A stretch of DNA of 64,000 nucleotides. It comes from Gnetum montanum. Lineage: Eukaryota; Plantae; Gnetophyta. Numbering within the stretch: position 1 is the first letter of the stretch; the number at the start of each line of letters is the position of its first letter. Below, in pieces: positions 24,055 to 37,800 of the stretch. The translations under genes and the position numbers were made by a program. The stretch lies in NCBI GenBank assembly GCA_015680685.1, contig MNCI01001684.1, positions 124,001-188,000 on the forward strand. Reading direction: 5' to 3'. The notes under the pieces are model-generated. The model was not told the origin of the DNA. It worked only from the letters and a program-made list of their open reading frames with translations, and made no database searches.

Positions 24055-25093
24055 ATGGTTTCAGACTATGTAAGTAATGTATCACTTTGGCAAAGTCTAG
24101 TCATACTTGTGAAAGTGATGACTCAAAATGCATACAAGACAAAGAAAGAAATCAAATTACCCAAGGGAGGAAAAGTTCTTCATACAAATAAGATATCACA
24201 AGCTTTAAGGAATGGAAATTATGCTATGGAAATGGCTAAGATGTGTAAATGAGCTCATCCTAGGTATTTATAGTTTTCATGTGGAAATGAAGGAGATTCG
24301 TCAATGTCTAGGTATCAATAAAGGCTTGTTAATACAGTTCAAGGTAAGCCTAGTTGTATGGAAGGAAATGCAAGGCAAACTAGACCTAGTAGGGGGTGTG
24401 TCAAGACCCCTATGCTAACATAAGATAGCCATAAATCACACTTTGCATTAGTTCTAGATGAAAGTTGGAACTTGAGGAAGCATGCTGAAAGGACCAAAGG
24501 ACATTCAAATGAAACTAGAATCATCTTAAAGAGCTTGGAATCATGCACACAACCTTAAAATATGACATAGGTGGCCAATGTGCATCTCAAAATACTAAGA
24601 GCCTTGGTCAAACATGTAAACACTAACACATAAAATAATTTCCCAAATCCAAGGCTCACAATTAACATACAAATTGCTACTATATGCTTCATCATTTTCC
24701 CATGACTATATAAAGCTAGTTGCATAGCTTTAACACTCAAGACACAAGGATTGAAACTAGACATATGATAAGGTCAATGCAGAGGAATTACAATTATACA
24801 AATACTTTGACACAAGATGCATTTCAAAATTACCACATTGAGAAGAGGGGCTAGGAAATGATTGTTGACAAGAAGAGTTCCTTGCCATGCCTACAAGCTA
24901 AAGATGCCTTAGGCTTGATGGAATGATCTTCCGTAGGTATTTTGGCTTGTATTTGGTTGCCATTTGTGGTGCATGTCTCCTACTTGCAATTTGGGAATGC
25001 AATCCTTTTACCTCTGAATCTTATTTTTGAGAGAGGCTTTAGGTTCAAGATCAAATAGGTTTCATTTAAGTGGATTGAATGGTGTTATGTTCA
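24055..25093 (+). mobile_element. Possible 3' fragment of a Ty3/gypsy element (integrase tail, PPT, LTR from 24399)
   Basis: FHVEMK (VFHVS.LK-like), purine tract AGGGGGTG followed by TGTCAAGACCCC, TATA-like CTATATAAAG near 24706 and a candidate CA end at ~25093. Confidence 0.35.
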
Positions 25094-28000
25094 TGGGCCC
25101 CATAATTGTACCTACCTAATAAGTTAAACTACAACAATGCTAAATTTCATGTGAAATATTTAGGAGATAAACCACCATTTAAAAAATAATGCATGAGGAC
25201 AATAGTAAGTATAATTTCTAAATAAAACATAAAGAATAAAATCACAATCTAATGCTACACATGCACAAAGGTATGAAGAATAACATAGAATTGAAAAATG
25301 CACACCCAACAATATCTCTTCACCATAATTAAGTTACAAGATGCCCACCTTGAACAACATGAATTAAATACATGCATTGAATAACATAAGCACAAAAAGT
25401 AAAGGTGTAAATTTAGAAATTAAGAAATCAAAAGTATTTAAATTGTGCAATACCATCATCCAAAAAATACTGAGATATGTAAAATCATAAAGTATAAATT
25501 GGTCAAACATCCAATCTATAATCAAAATATGTAGGTAGAAAACAAAGATGAGAAGAGATAGTCCTAGTCAAACCATTAGGCTCTTTGAGTCATAATCACA
25601 TAAGTTGAAGACCAATTGAGCATCTTATGCCATGGAACCATCACCATCCTAGAATTTTAGCTTGAGCTTACTTGCTCATAATCCCAAGATACTAAGGATT
25701 CACAAGTGGATCCTCCCCATAGTAGGCACATGCCTTTCTTACCCTTGTAAAACCTATTGATGGAACACCCATGGATTCCCAACAACTAGTGAGAAATTAG
25801 CATCAAATGTGAGTTCATCTCATTGGATGGCCAAATCTCATTCTTCACTTTGCCCAATCAACTTCCTGGCATAGATAACAATGGACAAGAAAGAAAATAG
25901 AATAAATGGAGAATGCATGATGGACAAGAGAGAGAAGGTAACAGTACAACATCATCGAATCTCTAGCCAACCATTCAATTAGCTCATGGAGCACATAGAA
26001 TGACCTACACCTCATGAGAGATTTGCTATCACATCTCGTCATTGCTACTCATCCACATAATTAAGATAGATCTACAACTTCCTCTTCCAAGTACATAGTC
26101 ATACCTAATCCTACAAGTGTCACCTAGCCTTGATTGTTTAGTAGTCTAATCATTAGTGAAACTAAATTAAGGCAACATGTTGTAAAAAATCTAGAAGTCA
26201 AGATTATGATTTGGTTTTTCTCTATCCATGCACATATGCATAATAGGCTCAAATTTTGCTTTAATAAAACCCTCTCATTGATTCCTTTAGCTACACTAAT
26301 TGATCCTAATTCTAATAATGAATGTAATTCCATGACTAGGAGATAATAGGAATGATCATGATTTGGGTCAATAGTTATAGATTTTAACCCCTAGGAGTAG
26401 ATGGATTTAGGAATAGAGTGGAAGCAACATTTGATTTTACCAAATTTTACTAAAAGAAAGACTTTTAGGTCTTCATGGCTATGGGTATGAATGGAGTAGG
26501 AGATTGTCTTGGACTATTATATTTTGAATTCAAGTAATATAGACCATGGGTTGAACATGAGAAAGGCTTACATGGGTATTGGTTCAACCACTAATTTTAA
26601 TTTTAATATGAGAAATCATAGGATTAGTTCATGATGGCAAAAATACCAATTTTGTGTGGACCAATAATTTGGGAGTTACATCATTCTTTCTATCACCTCT
26701 TTTTCTCTTCATTATTATTCTATTATTTTATTTTTCTTATTTTTTCATCTTTTCTTTTCTTTTATTTTTTATCTTTCTTTTCTTTTATGAGAAAATGGTT
26801 TTTGATGGTGTATGGAAATCATGGGAATGGTTAGAGCGTCTAATGACCACCTAGAGTCTTCAATTTGAATGAATAGGAGAATTCATCCCTCATTGCATGA
26901 CACACATAGGTTCAAGAGATCACAAACTTCTTTTGACCAAGAAGCTAGGCATGGTAGCACATGTATCTTGGCCTAATCACACTAGTTAGACCTATTCAGT
27001 GATCACAAGGACCCTCAATGATACACCTTTCCCTTACTAGTGAGCAAGTACCTTTTTAGGATTCCAAAACTCACACCCAAAGGTATGGATACACCATATG
27101 CCCATAGTTCTAGTAGCATTAACTTCAATAGCTCATAGTGTGAGTTTTAGTTCCCTACTAAATTTGAGCTTGGTTTAGCAATGATAGGTAGAAGAAAATA
27201 TAGGTAAATAAATTCTATTATATGAATGCTCCATAAATTAAGGCTCCACTCCATTTGACACTCTCACATCATCATCACATCTACAACTCATCCATCCATC
27301 ATTAGCTTATGGGGTGAGCATTCATAAAGCATGTTAATTGGCTTTCCCACACATGCACATAAATATACTTAAGGAAAAGAAAAGATTATAAATGATTAAT
27401 CATTATGCTAAAAAATGTGAGAAGTAATAACTAAACACACCAAATTTATTAAAGTACAAAAGTAAAATAGTAGGAAGGAAAGAAAATTCAATGTGACATA
27501 GAGAATTATCCTCCACAACTACACTATGACTATCACCTAATAGGCTTCTAAGTGTAAAATACATGATTGATCATGATGTACTCTCAAAGGGGAAAGTTAT
27601 TCTCTATAGCATAAGGAAAAGTTATACTCTATAGCACTTCATGTATTTCCCCTTAACCAAGAAAATTTTATCTATCTCATTTAGAGGGTAGACATGTGTT
27701 ACACCAAAATAATAATTGGTGTGGACAATATATGGTTCTTTTCATTCAAATTGAAATTTATCCAAGTGAGCCAGGTGTAATACATTAAAATAGAGGATCT
27801 TATTACCAGGTTTGAAATCAAACATTGTTATGTGAAGATCATGGTGAGCCTTCACATTGGAATGTTCCAACTCATTATACATCAAGGTAATTATGCAATT
27901 CTCATTAATAAGATTAAGATTAATAAATCTCTTTTTTATGTAAAATCTAAGGTCATATTAAAATCTACAACATTGCCTAAGGTTTTCATTTCAAAATTAA

Positions 28001-29919
28001 TAGGAATTCATGGAACTTGTTCATAGACTAGTTGGAATGGTGTGTAATCAACACGATTTTTCACACTATTCTATAGGCCCAAAGAGCATCATTAAGCTTA
28101 TTGGCCTAATAATTTTTGTACCTACTAACCATCTTTCAAAGTATTCTAACAATTTCATAGTTAGTAACTTCCACCTAGCCATTGGCCTATGGATGATAAG
28201 AGGAAGTCAACTTCTAATTAACTTCACAAGATTTCAATATATTCTTGAAACCTTTACTAGTAAAGTGTGTACTATTATTAGAGATTAAGATTCTAGGAAC
28301 AATTAACCTATGGAGAAATTTATTTCAAAGGAAGTTTGCTACAATGATAGATGAATAATCCTTAATAGTAGCAACTTTTTCCCACTTCATGTAATAATCT
28401 ACACATACAATGATGTATGCCTTATGATTAGAGGTCAGAGAGATAGGGTTGATGAAGTTAATCTTCCATAAATCAAAGGGTTCTAGTGGTTGGATCCATT
28501 GCTAAGGTTCATTCATATGTAAGGATATACCTCCCTTGTATTGACACTTGTCATAATAATGCACAAGGTGTTAAGCATCACAAAACATGGTTGGCCAAGA
28601 ATAGCCCATGACTATTAGCTTCATTGTGATTGCCTTTCGAGCATAGTATCCACCAAAAAAATCATGGTGCGCATGAGCTAAGATGACACCTTGTCTTTCT
28701 TTTAGAACATACCATCTTATGTGGCTATTAGGGCATCTATTATAAAGTGACTCTTTGATAACCAAGTAAGGCTTTACTTGGTATTGGAATAGTTGGATCT
28801 CTTATTTATCCAACCTAGGAGAAATCTTCAATGCCACCACATACTTGAGAATGTTCACAAACCATGGGCATTCACTATTGATCTTTTGGTATGTCAAAAC
28901 CTTAAAAAATGGAGAATTTGTAATGTTCTTGTGAAATCTTGCAGGTCAAAGTAAGGTAAAAATATAATATTAAGGAGACCAAGATAAGAGCATGAATTGA
29001 AAAACTATAATACTAAAGTCCAATAAGAAGATGTAAGGGTTTAGAAGAAATCACAAAGATGCAAGATGTCTATAATCCTAAAGAAGACATCTTGGAGATT
29101 AATAAGATGTCTCACACTATTGCAAGACATCTCTACCGAGAAGCTTTGGTCTTAAGTAAGAAGTTTCCACAAAATAGGATACATCTCAAGCTTTTCCAAG
29201 ACATCTTAGGCAATATGTCTTACCCAAGACATCTCAAGCTAGATAAGACATCTAACCTGCAAGATGGAAAACATAGCATTACATCTCAAGCTTGTAGAAG
29301 ACATCTCAATTAGTTGTTTCTAGTCATTATGTAGATTCCAATGAACAAATGGAGATACCAAGGCTTTAAAAGAAAGGGATTCCAATTGGGAAAGTACAAG
29401 CACTATTCATAAAAGCAAGTAATTAATATATACATCTTTGAGGAATTCTATACTTCATTTATTTATCATTTTTTGTATTGTTTGCTGTTGAATCAAAAAG
29501 CAAGGAATTAGAAGCTTAGTCCATATTCTTCCTTAATCTTTCTATCTCTTATTGTAAGCCTTGAGGGGTTGTGTGTGCTTCTTGAGGAAAGAAATTCTTA
29601 GAGCTTGTTGGAACTTTGGGGGGTTGTGTGTGTTTTTGAGAGAAACCACTCCTAGCAGAGCTCAAGACTTTGTAAAGGTTATGTTGTCCTTGAAATCATA
29701 TTTTTGAAGAAAAAAATTTAGAGGTGTGCAAGGATTATACCCTCTAAGTGTAGATGTACCCAAGTTAGGGAACCATGTACATATTTTATGTAAGAAATGG
29801 ATCTCAATGATTGGAACTTATTCAATTGCCCTTCTAAATTCTTAATCCTTAAGTGGTATTGGAGCAAGGTACTCTAAGATTGAGCACAAAAAATTAGGAG
29901 TGAAGTATAAATGAAACAT

Positions 29920-31500
29920 TCTATAACAAGCTAACAACGTTTGATGGGATCAACTTCGCATACTAGAAAGCACAGATGCAAGGATTCTTTGAATCTTGAA
30001 GTATGGTAGTCCATTATGGAAGGATACACTCATCCAATTGATAGCTCAATAGGTACTACACTACTAAGAGGTAAGTAGTAGTCTAATGATGACAAAACAA
30101 ATTCTTGTTTGATTCAAAGACTAGGAACTATCTCTACTATGCTCTTAGTAAACTTGAATTTAATAGAATAGCTAGATGTACAATTGCCAAAGAGTTTTGA
30201 AAAGTTCTAAAAGTCATCTATGAGTGATCCTTAGTTGTGAAACAGTCTAAACTTATAGTTTTTCAATTTGAATATGAAAAGTTAAAAATAAAAAATGGTG
30301 AAAGGATCAAAGATTATTTGTATAGAGAAAATGATATAGTAGTAGCCAGAGAAATAGGTAAAGAATTACTTGAAAGTAAAGTTATCATTAAAATGATTAG
30401 AACTCTACTTCTTGAATTTAGACCCTAAATCATTATCATGGAAGAAATTAGAGATTTCTTTGTACTCAAATTTGAGGAATTACAAAGTGCACTTGTAGCA
30501 TATGAGATATTTCTAATTAATGAAGGTGCTATCAAGGAAAACCCCATAGCACTTAAAAGTTCTTTAAAGGAAAAGGAGATGTTCAATCATGATTGTAATA
30601 ATCATGATGAACTAGCTCTCTTAACAAAAGAGTAAAAATGCTTTTAGCAAGGAATGGTAAAAGCTTCAACAAATGAAATAGTAAGGAAAAAGAAATATGT
30701 AAGAAAAATAGAAATTCAAATCTTGATATCTCTCTTATAGAATGTTGGATATATGGTGGAAGAGCTTGAATGTCCTAGTACTAGCAAGTTACCAAAGAAG
30801 GAGTCCATTCAAGAGGAAAAGAAGATAAAAAAGTTTTATACTAGCTAGGATGATAAGTATAGTAAACAGGAAATTGATGATCTATTAATGAACTTTCATC
30901 TTATCTACATGGCTCTTACATGCAAATATCCTAAGAAGGAATTCAAAGAATCTAAAGGTACAATTGAGGAAAGGTATAACATACTGTATAATGAAATCAT
31001 TTCTTTTCAAAATTTGTGTATCAAAATGAAATAGACCTTACATAGCAAGAAAGTAAAAATAACTAAACTTAATACTAAATGCTTCACTCCTAAAAGAGAG
31101 AACTTAGACTTAAAGGCTGAGGTTCAAAATCTAACCCTATCTTATGAGTAGATAAGCAAGGAATTAGCAAGAGTAAGACCTAGTAATAAAAAGATTACTA
31201 AAGATAAGGAGATGCCACAAGTTATGCAAAGAAAAGAAAAAAATCATAACAACAAAAGAGAAATGAAAAATGATTCTATTGTGATACATCCATAAGCATT
31301 TCACCAAAATGGAGGTACATGCCCAAGTTTGAATAACAAGCATGAACAAGAAAAACTATATGCTATTACTATAATTGATTTGTACATATATAATCACATT
31401 ATTACATATGATTAAGGCATTATAATTTAATCACTTGGTCTTATCAAAAGAAGAGTAGAATGCATCTAGTATAGACTAAACATGTTTGGAGATTTAAGAA
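29920..31500 (+). pseudogene. Decayed copia/SIRE gag
   Basis: FDGINFAY, EFNRIARC, VKQSKL..EYEKLKIKNGERIKDY, MEEIRDF..LKFEELQSALVAYE. Confidence 0.8.
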
Positions 31501-31861
31501 GCACAAGAAAGAAATGATTGAACATATTTCTCTTCCTTATAGTAATGGAGATATATAAAACAATACTAAAACAACTATCTTAAATAAAGAAAACGATATA
31601 AATAAGCATCTTGATGTCAAAAGAGGTAGACATTTATGACAAAAAAGGAGGAACTCTACAAAGGAGGACCTCACAATAAACTTGCTTAAGCAACTTCCTA
31701 GAGCAAGCAATGTAAGTATTGGTAAGTATGATTGTAATTGTAAATATTCCTTAACTTGCACCACTAGTTGTACGTACATTATCATTTTAATTTTTTTGAG
31801 CTTATGAATTAAAAAAAGTATAAATAAGGTATGTCATACATTTTTGACTTTTCATAGTTAT

Positions 31862-34800
31862 TGTGATGACTAGAAATGTCGGTGGCTGGAGCACCGAGGG
31901 GTCAATAGGTGTATAGCCTAACCTTGAGTTTATGCAAGGGCTGCATTGAACAACAGAGATAGGTTACCTTGAACATTATTTTCAATTAGATAGGGACTTA
32001 CTAGTTGTTGCGACAAACATGTGAAAAAGTGGTTTATGTAGTGTTATGTGCTGGCACCAAGGTTGGCTAAGCCAAAGCATAGTGGGGTGTCTCGGCCCAA
32101 GAATAGTAGTGTAAACATGAAAATACATGCAAAATAGTAAAGAAAACACAAGTGCTATGCTAAGTGCCAAAGAAAGAGTGCTTAAAAAATGTAATAGAAC
32201 TCAAGAATGAAAGTGCACCACCCTAAACAATGGAGCATAGCTATTGTAGGAAAAGAGATGAGAGTGGTACGCAGTGTATAGGCAGACACAGTGGTAGTGT
32301 AGTAGTGTAGTCATAGTCTATGGGATGTTCGAGACGTGGAACTGAAAATTGCTATGGGAACTAAACCCTTTGAGTTGGCTATTATTGTATTTAGCAAGTA
32401 CAGTGATGAATTGTGTGTTGGATGGTGTGTGCTAGTTGTTCGACAGGATTTTGAAATATAGCAAAGTGGTAGGTGTGCTCGAGTGCAAGAGTGCCAAGGA
32501 TGCTCAATGTTAAAATGCCCATGATCTTTTAATTTGCCAACCCCTAAAATTCCAAATGTAGGGGTATTTATAGGGCTAGGGTTAGTGCAAAATGCAGATT
32601 GGGCACCATGTGGCTCAAGGGTAGGTGGGGCCATGCTAAACCCTTCTTACACTCCCATGGGAGTAACAAAGTGTTATGCTCTAGAGTATTGTAACAGGTC
32701 CCCAGAGACTATTGAATTGTGAATACACTACGAAGAATACATATTCCAAAGTTTGAATGACAATAATGTACTTGCAAATAATACAAAAAATAGTGCAACT
32801 TGAAGGCTACAATCTAGGACTACATCTTCCCCTCCTTTGAGTAGGGTTAAGCATAGGTACAATTTGAGGGACCAATAGGGATGCAAAAGAGATACAAATT
32901 GTTGATCTTGCTTATTGAAGGAATGTCAAAGCTGAGAAAAAGGTTGATGCTAAGTTTTGGAGGCTTTTGAAGGCTATTTGAGGCTTTTCTTTAGTGTTAT
33001 GCTAGCTATGCTCTAGAGAGTAACATAAGAGTTTGTCAAAATTTGCCAAATTTTGATGTCCAACATTGGTTACACTAGCTATGCTTTGGAGCGTAGTAGG
33101 GATACTTAGAAAAATTTGACAGAATCTATAGTCTTTTTTTTTAATACTATGCTGGCTATGCTTTGGAGTGTAGCAGGAGAGGTAACCTCAGGAGTTAGAA
33201 AGTTTTCCGGATGTCTATTCCATGTTGAGCTATCTTGATAGCTTCTTACCTAACACTTAGGCAAACAAACCACTAAAAAGTATGCTATGCTAGCTATGCT
33301 CTAGAGCATAGCATAGTGTAGTAACCTAAGAGATAGAAAATTTGCCAAACTGTTTTGTCCATCCCAAGCAATCCTAACAACTTTTGGCTTGACACTTAAG
33401 CAAACTGGCCATGGAAGTGCATGCTATGCTGGGTACACTTTGAAGCATAGTGAGAGCATAGTAGAACACTTAGAAAAATTTTTCATGCAACTATTGTTGA
33501 CACTTAGAAAATCTAGCAAAATAGGCCTTGATGCATGATATGTTGGCTATGTTGGGGAGTGTAGCACCAACACTTAGAAAATTTTCCAAGTTTTGACACT
33601 TAGACAAATTTGTAGTTGAAGTGATGAAGTCTAAAATTGTTGGTGTTTCATTAGCCCCTCTTTGTTGACATCTGGAGGAGTGGCTCGAGAGACATCAACA
33701 AAGAATACGAAACACCATGACAAACATGACATCAACATTGCTTGTCAATACTTGATTAGACAATGCTTCACCATGCTTGAGAGTGCTAAGGGAATAACGT
33801 ATGATAGGGAGTAGGTTAAGGAGATGGACCAAGGGATAGCAAGTGGGAAGGATGCTCATTGTGCATGCAGCTGCAGGATGCAGCAGCATGATGGCATGTT
33901 GCCAAATCATGATCCCTCCTTAGAGTGTTTGTGAGGGAGTCAACATATGGAGATGGCATGCCCTTGGGATTTTCACCTCTCATTGGAATGCTTGTGAGAT
34001 GGTTGATCCAAGGATGGATTGGTTGCTAAATGGTAGCTTCACTATTTTTACTTGGGCACTTGTTTTGTCCCTTTTTTTTCTTTTTCTTTGAACTAGGAGA
34101 TATTTGGTGTTGGGCTTACTATGTTTCACTCAACAAAATTTGTTTAGACATAATTGTGTTACATTTGTAGGATAGGTGTTTCCTCCTTGAGCTGAGTTGT
34201 GTTACATCCACTTGGGCTTTGACCTACCCACAAAGGCTCCCTAGGGGATGAGTTGCATTACATCTATCATGGGTTCTATGGTTGATTGAAAGAAGGGTGC
34301 CATGTGCATCAGAGAACCTTACTAGAAAAGTTTAGAAGATGTGAGGTAAAGGAAGAAATAAATGCAAATAGGCTATGGTAGAATAAAAGCGATGTGTGCT
34401 CTTGAGCAGCTTGACAAGTCAAAGCGGGCATATCAAAGTAGTGTAGTAACCTACCACTACAGTGAAACACATCTTTGAATAACTATTACTGAGGCTTCAA
34501 CCTACAAACACAACACATAGAAAATAAGAAAACAACCACACCATGTGAGGTAAGAGTGAACTCCTAAATGATAAAGGGTGTCTGGGTTGTTGTCACTGCA
34601 ACATGCTATGGGGGCCCTAACCACAAAGGGTGTTGTGGGTGCCCAAGGTGGTGCTCTGATGATGAAAGGGGACTACGGTCTAGTTGATGTTGAGGCCCTA
34701 GCATTACTAGAGGGTGCATAAACCACAAATGGTTCACATGTTGATTTTTATTCATCATCAATGCTAATGGCATTGATGATGTAGCCTGCAACACTAGTGT

Positions 34801-37800
34801 TGAGGGGGTCTTTGTAGACCTCCATTGGTTGGTTTTCAGGGTGCACGATATTGCTATTGTCAAGGATCAATTTTCCCTAATTAATCATGCACTGAATGTC
34901 ATCTTTTAAGGCTAAGTAATAATCCATATCATGGCCATGCAATTGGTGATAGTTGCAGAATCAACCCAATCTAAATTTTTTAGGGATTGGGGGCTTGTTT
35001 GGCATAGCTATTGAGGGGTTTCTAAGGATCTCGCAGTATTACTCATGGTGCTTTCATGCATCCTTAGACATTTGCTTGTGCTAGATGCACCCAACACAAA
35101 GTAGTTGGTCCAAAAGCTCGGATAGCTTGATAGGTAATGGGGTATACTTTGAGCGATCTTTGCACTCAAAGTTTGACCTTGGGGTAGCTTGGCCATAGCC
35201 GTTGGTTATGTAGGTTGTTTGGTTCTTACAACACTAGAATTGAATGTGTTGCTGTTATTGGCCAAGGTCTTAGATGCCTTGGCTGTTGGTTTAGTGTTCT
35301 TGGGTTTGGCCTTATTGGCCAAAACTACAATGGTTGCTGTTGCCTTACCGTTTTCTTTATCTTTTTTTTGTGTGTGTGTGGATTCTTATAGGCCACATAG
35401 GCTAGGTCCTTACTGGCTTTCCTTGCATCTTGAATGCTCTTTGTTTAAGAAAAGGCTTGGCTTAGGGAGCATGGGCCTAGATGGTACATTTTTGACTTAA
35501 TGAAGTCATTTACTACATCCTTAAAGATGGCCAAAAGGTGGGTCTCCGCTATTGGCTTGTGGATTTCATTGAGTGTAGTACTTCACTATTGAATGAACTT
35601 TTGCATAAGCTCTAGAGGGCCTTACTTGATGTTCATTAGTTGATCCAAGGTGCCTTTGGGCTTCAAGTTGTACTTGGAGCAAGTTACAAATTGGTTAAGC
35701 AATTCTTCCAAGGTAGATATGGAAGCCCTAGGAAGCGCATGGTACTAGTCAAGTGCCTTTCCGATTAAGGACATGGTGAAGACATGGATGATCACATGTG
35801 GCCATGCTTGTAGGAGCAGGAATTCAGAGTAAAAAGTTACAAGGTGGACATTGGGGTCCCCCTCACTATTATATTTGATGAAGTGGGGGAGCTAAACCTT
35901 GGAAGGTAGTGTTAATGATAGGACCATAAGACTGATAAGGTCATCCTCGTAGAAGTCCATCACATGGATCATTTTGAAGTTTGTAGGTTTAAGCTACCTA
36001 ACCTCCTTCATTAATGTTTGTATGGGTTGGAAGGATTGGTCCAAACTTAGGGAAGATGCAACTAGTTACATTGGTTGTGTTACCTATTGTGCCATTTGAG
36101 TGGTGCATAGCTCTATTGTGGACTATGCTACCACATGAGATGTTTGTTGCATGTGATGTTGCATGTACTATTGCATATGTGGCCATTGTGCCATAGGCAT
36201 AGAGGCTAGGACCCACCACGTGGTTGTGGCTTGGGTTATTGTTGGAAGTGCTGATGAGATGGGTGGAATGAAGGAAACTTGGCTGGTGTGTGGGAGAGAG
36301 AAGGGCACCATGTGCACATATGGTTGTGTTGGCATCATGGATGTCAGCATGGAAGACTATGTAGAATGGGTGAAGATGACAAAGGGAAAGGTGGTAGATG
36401 GTCTTGCACTCTGTTGTGCATGCAGTGGCTTGCCACCATAGGCATTGACCTAGGAGGTGAGAGTGACACTACTACCTTAAAGAAGGTAGATGACTGTGAT
36501 TGGTGTAGGAAAAAATTAGCAACAAGCTGTTGGGTAGAGGTGTAAAGTGGGTTCCCACTCTCTAAATGAGCCTCAAGTTCATCTTGCTCATCTTGTATGG
36601 GCTCATCATAGTTTGATGCTTCATCATGGTCATTAGGTCCACTCACTCTAACAAGTTGGTCTAGTAACCATTGAAAGTTGTTGGTGAGTGGAATAAAAAT
36701 GTCACCTGTAGGAAGAAATTCCTTCCCATTTTGATATATGCTCTTAAAGCTTCATTTAGCATCTAATTCTTGGCGGTCCAAGGATAGACCCAGTTGAAGT
36801 TTTGCATAGAGAAAGTTGTATTTTTCATCGTCAAGTGCCATGTACTCAGGTGATTGATTGTGTAGTCTAAGTGACTGTCATTGTGGCTATATAGGAATGA
36901 GTGGGGGATCAATTTCCACCACCTACCAGATGGGGTGGGTCACCTCTATGTTTATGGTAGAGGTTGAAGGCTATGCAGGATTCATGTTACTATGTAAAAA
37001 TGTAAGAAACGATAGTGCTAAGTGGAAAATGGTCAAGTGCAGAGAATGTTGGGAAAATGGCTAAGTATGAAAAACTATGAAAATAGGCCAAAAAATGACT
37101 AACTTTGGAAATAGTGCTAAAAATGACTAACTCTGGTGTTATGCTTATTATGTTGGAGGCTACTACACTTTGAGAACTTGTTATGCTTTCTAGAGCATCC
37201 AAAGTTTAATATAATGGATACACTCTGGCTTTTGTCTTGTGAGGTTTCAGGGGAGTCGACAAGTAGTACTGATCTACACCAAAAAAATTGCAAACAACTC
37301 TTGCACTAGCCTATGATCCAACTACTATCATGATGGGTCCATAGGGGTGTTACATCTACATTACCATGAACTAGTAACGGAGGTGTAGAAAGCATGCAGG
37401 ACTACCCTTGAACATAAAAGGAATGAGAGGGCCTCCTTCTAGTGCCAAAAACTATGATGATCAGAAATGTCGATGGATGGAACATTAAGGGGTTAGTGGG
37501 AGTACAGCCTAGACCTAAGTCTGTGTGAGGGTTTCACTAAACAACAGAGATGGGGTGCCCTAAATGATCTTGTCGATTAGACAAGGACTTACTAGATGTT
37601 ATGAAGAACATGTGCGAAAGGGGTTTACACAGTGTTATGTGTAAGCATCGAGGTTGGTTAAGCCAGAGCGTAGTAGGGTGTCCCAACCCGATAATAGTAG
37701 TGTAAATGTGCAAATACATGAGAAACAATAAAGAAAATGTAAGTGCTATGCTAAGTGCCAAAGAAAGAGTGCTTAAAAAATGTAACAGAACTCAAGAATG

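Noticed and set aside
26631-26854. Hydrophobic Phe-rich 'membrane' ORFs (also 12756-12996)
   Set aside because: Translations of T-rich or A-rich low-complexity non-coding DNA.
37430-37450. tRNA-like 3' ends (also 29854, 45457, 52717, 57975)
   Set aside because: These are 12-18-nt primer-binding sites next to LTRs, not tRNA genes.
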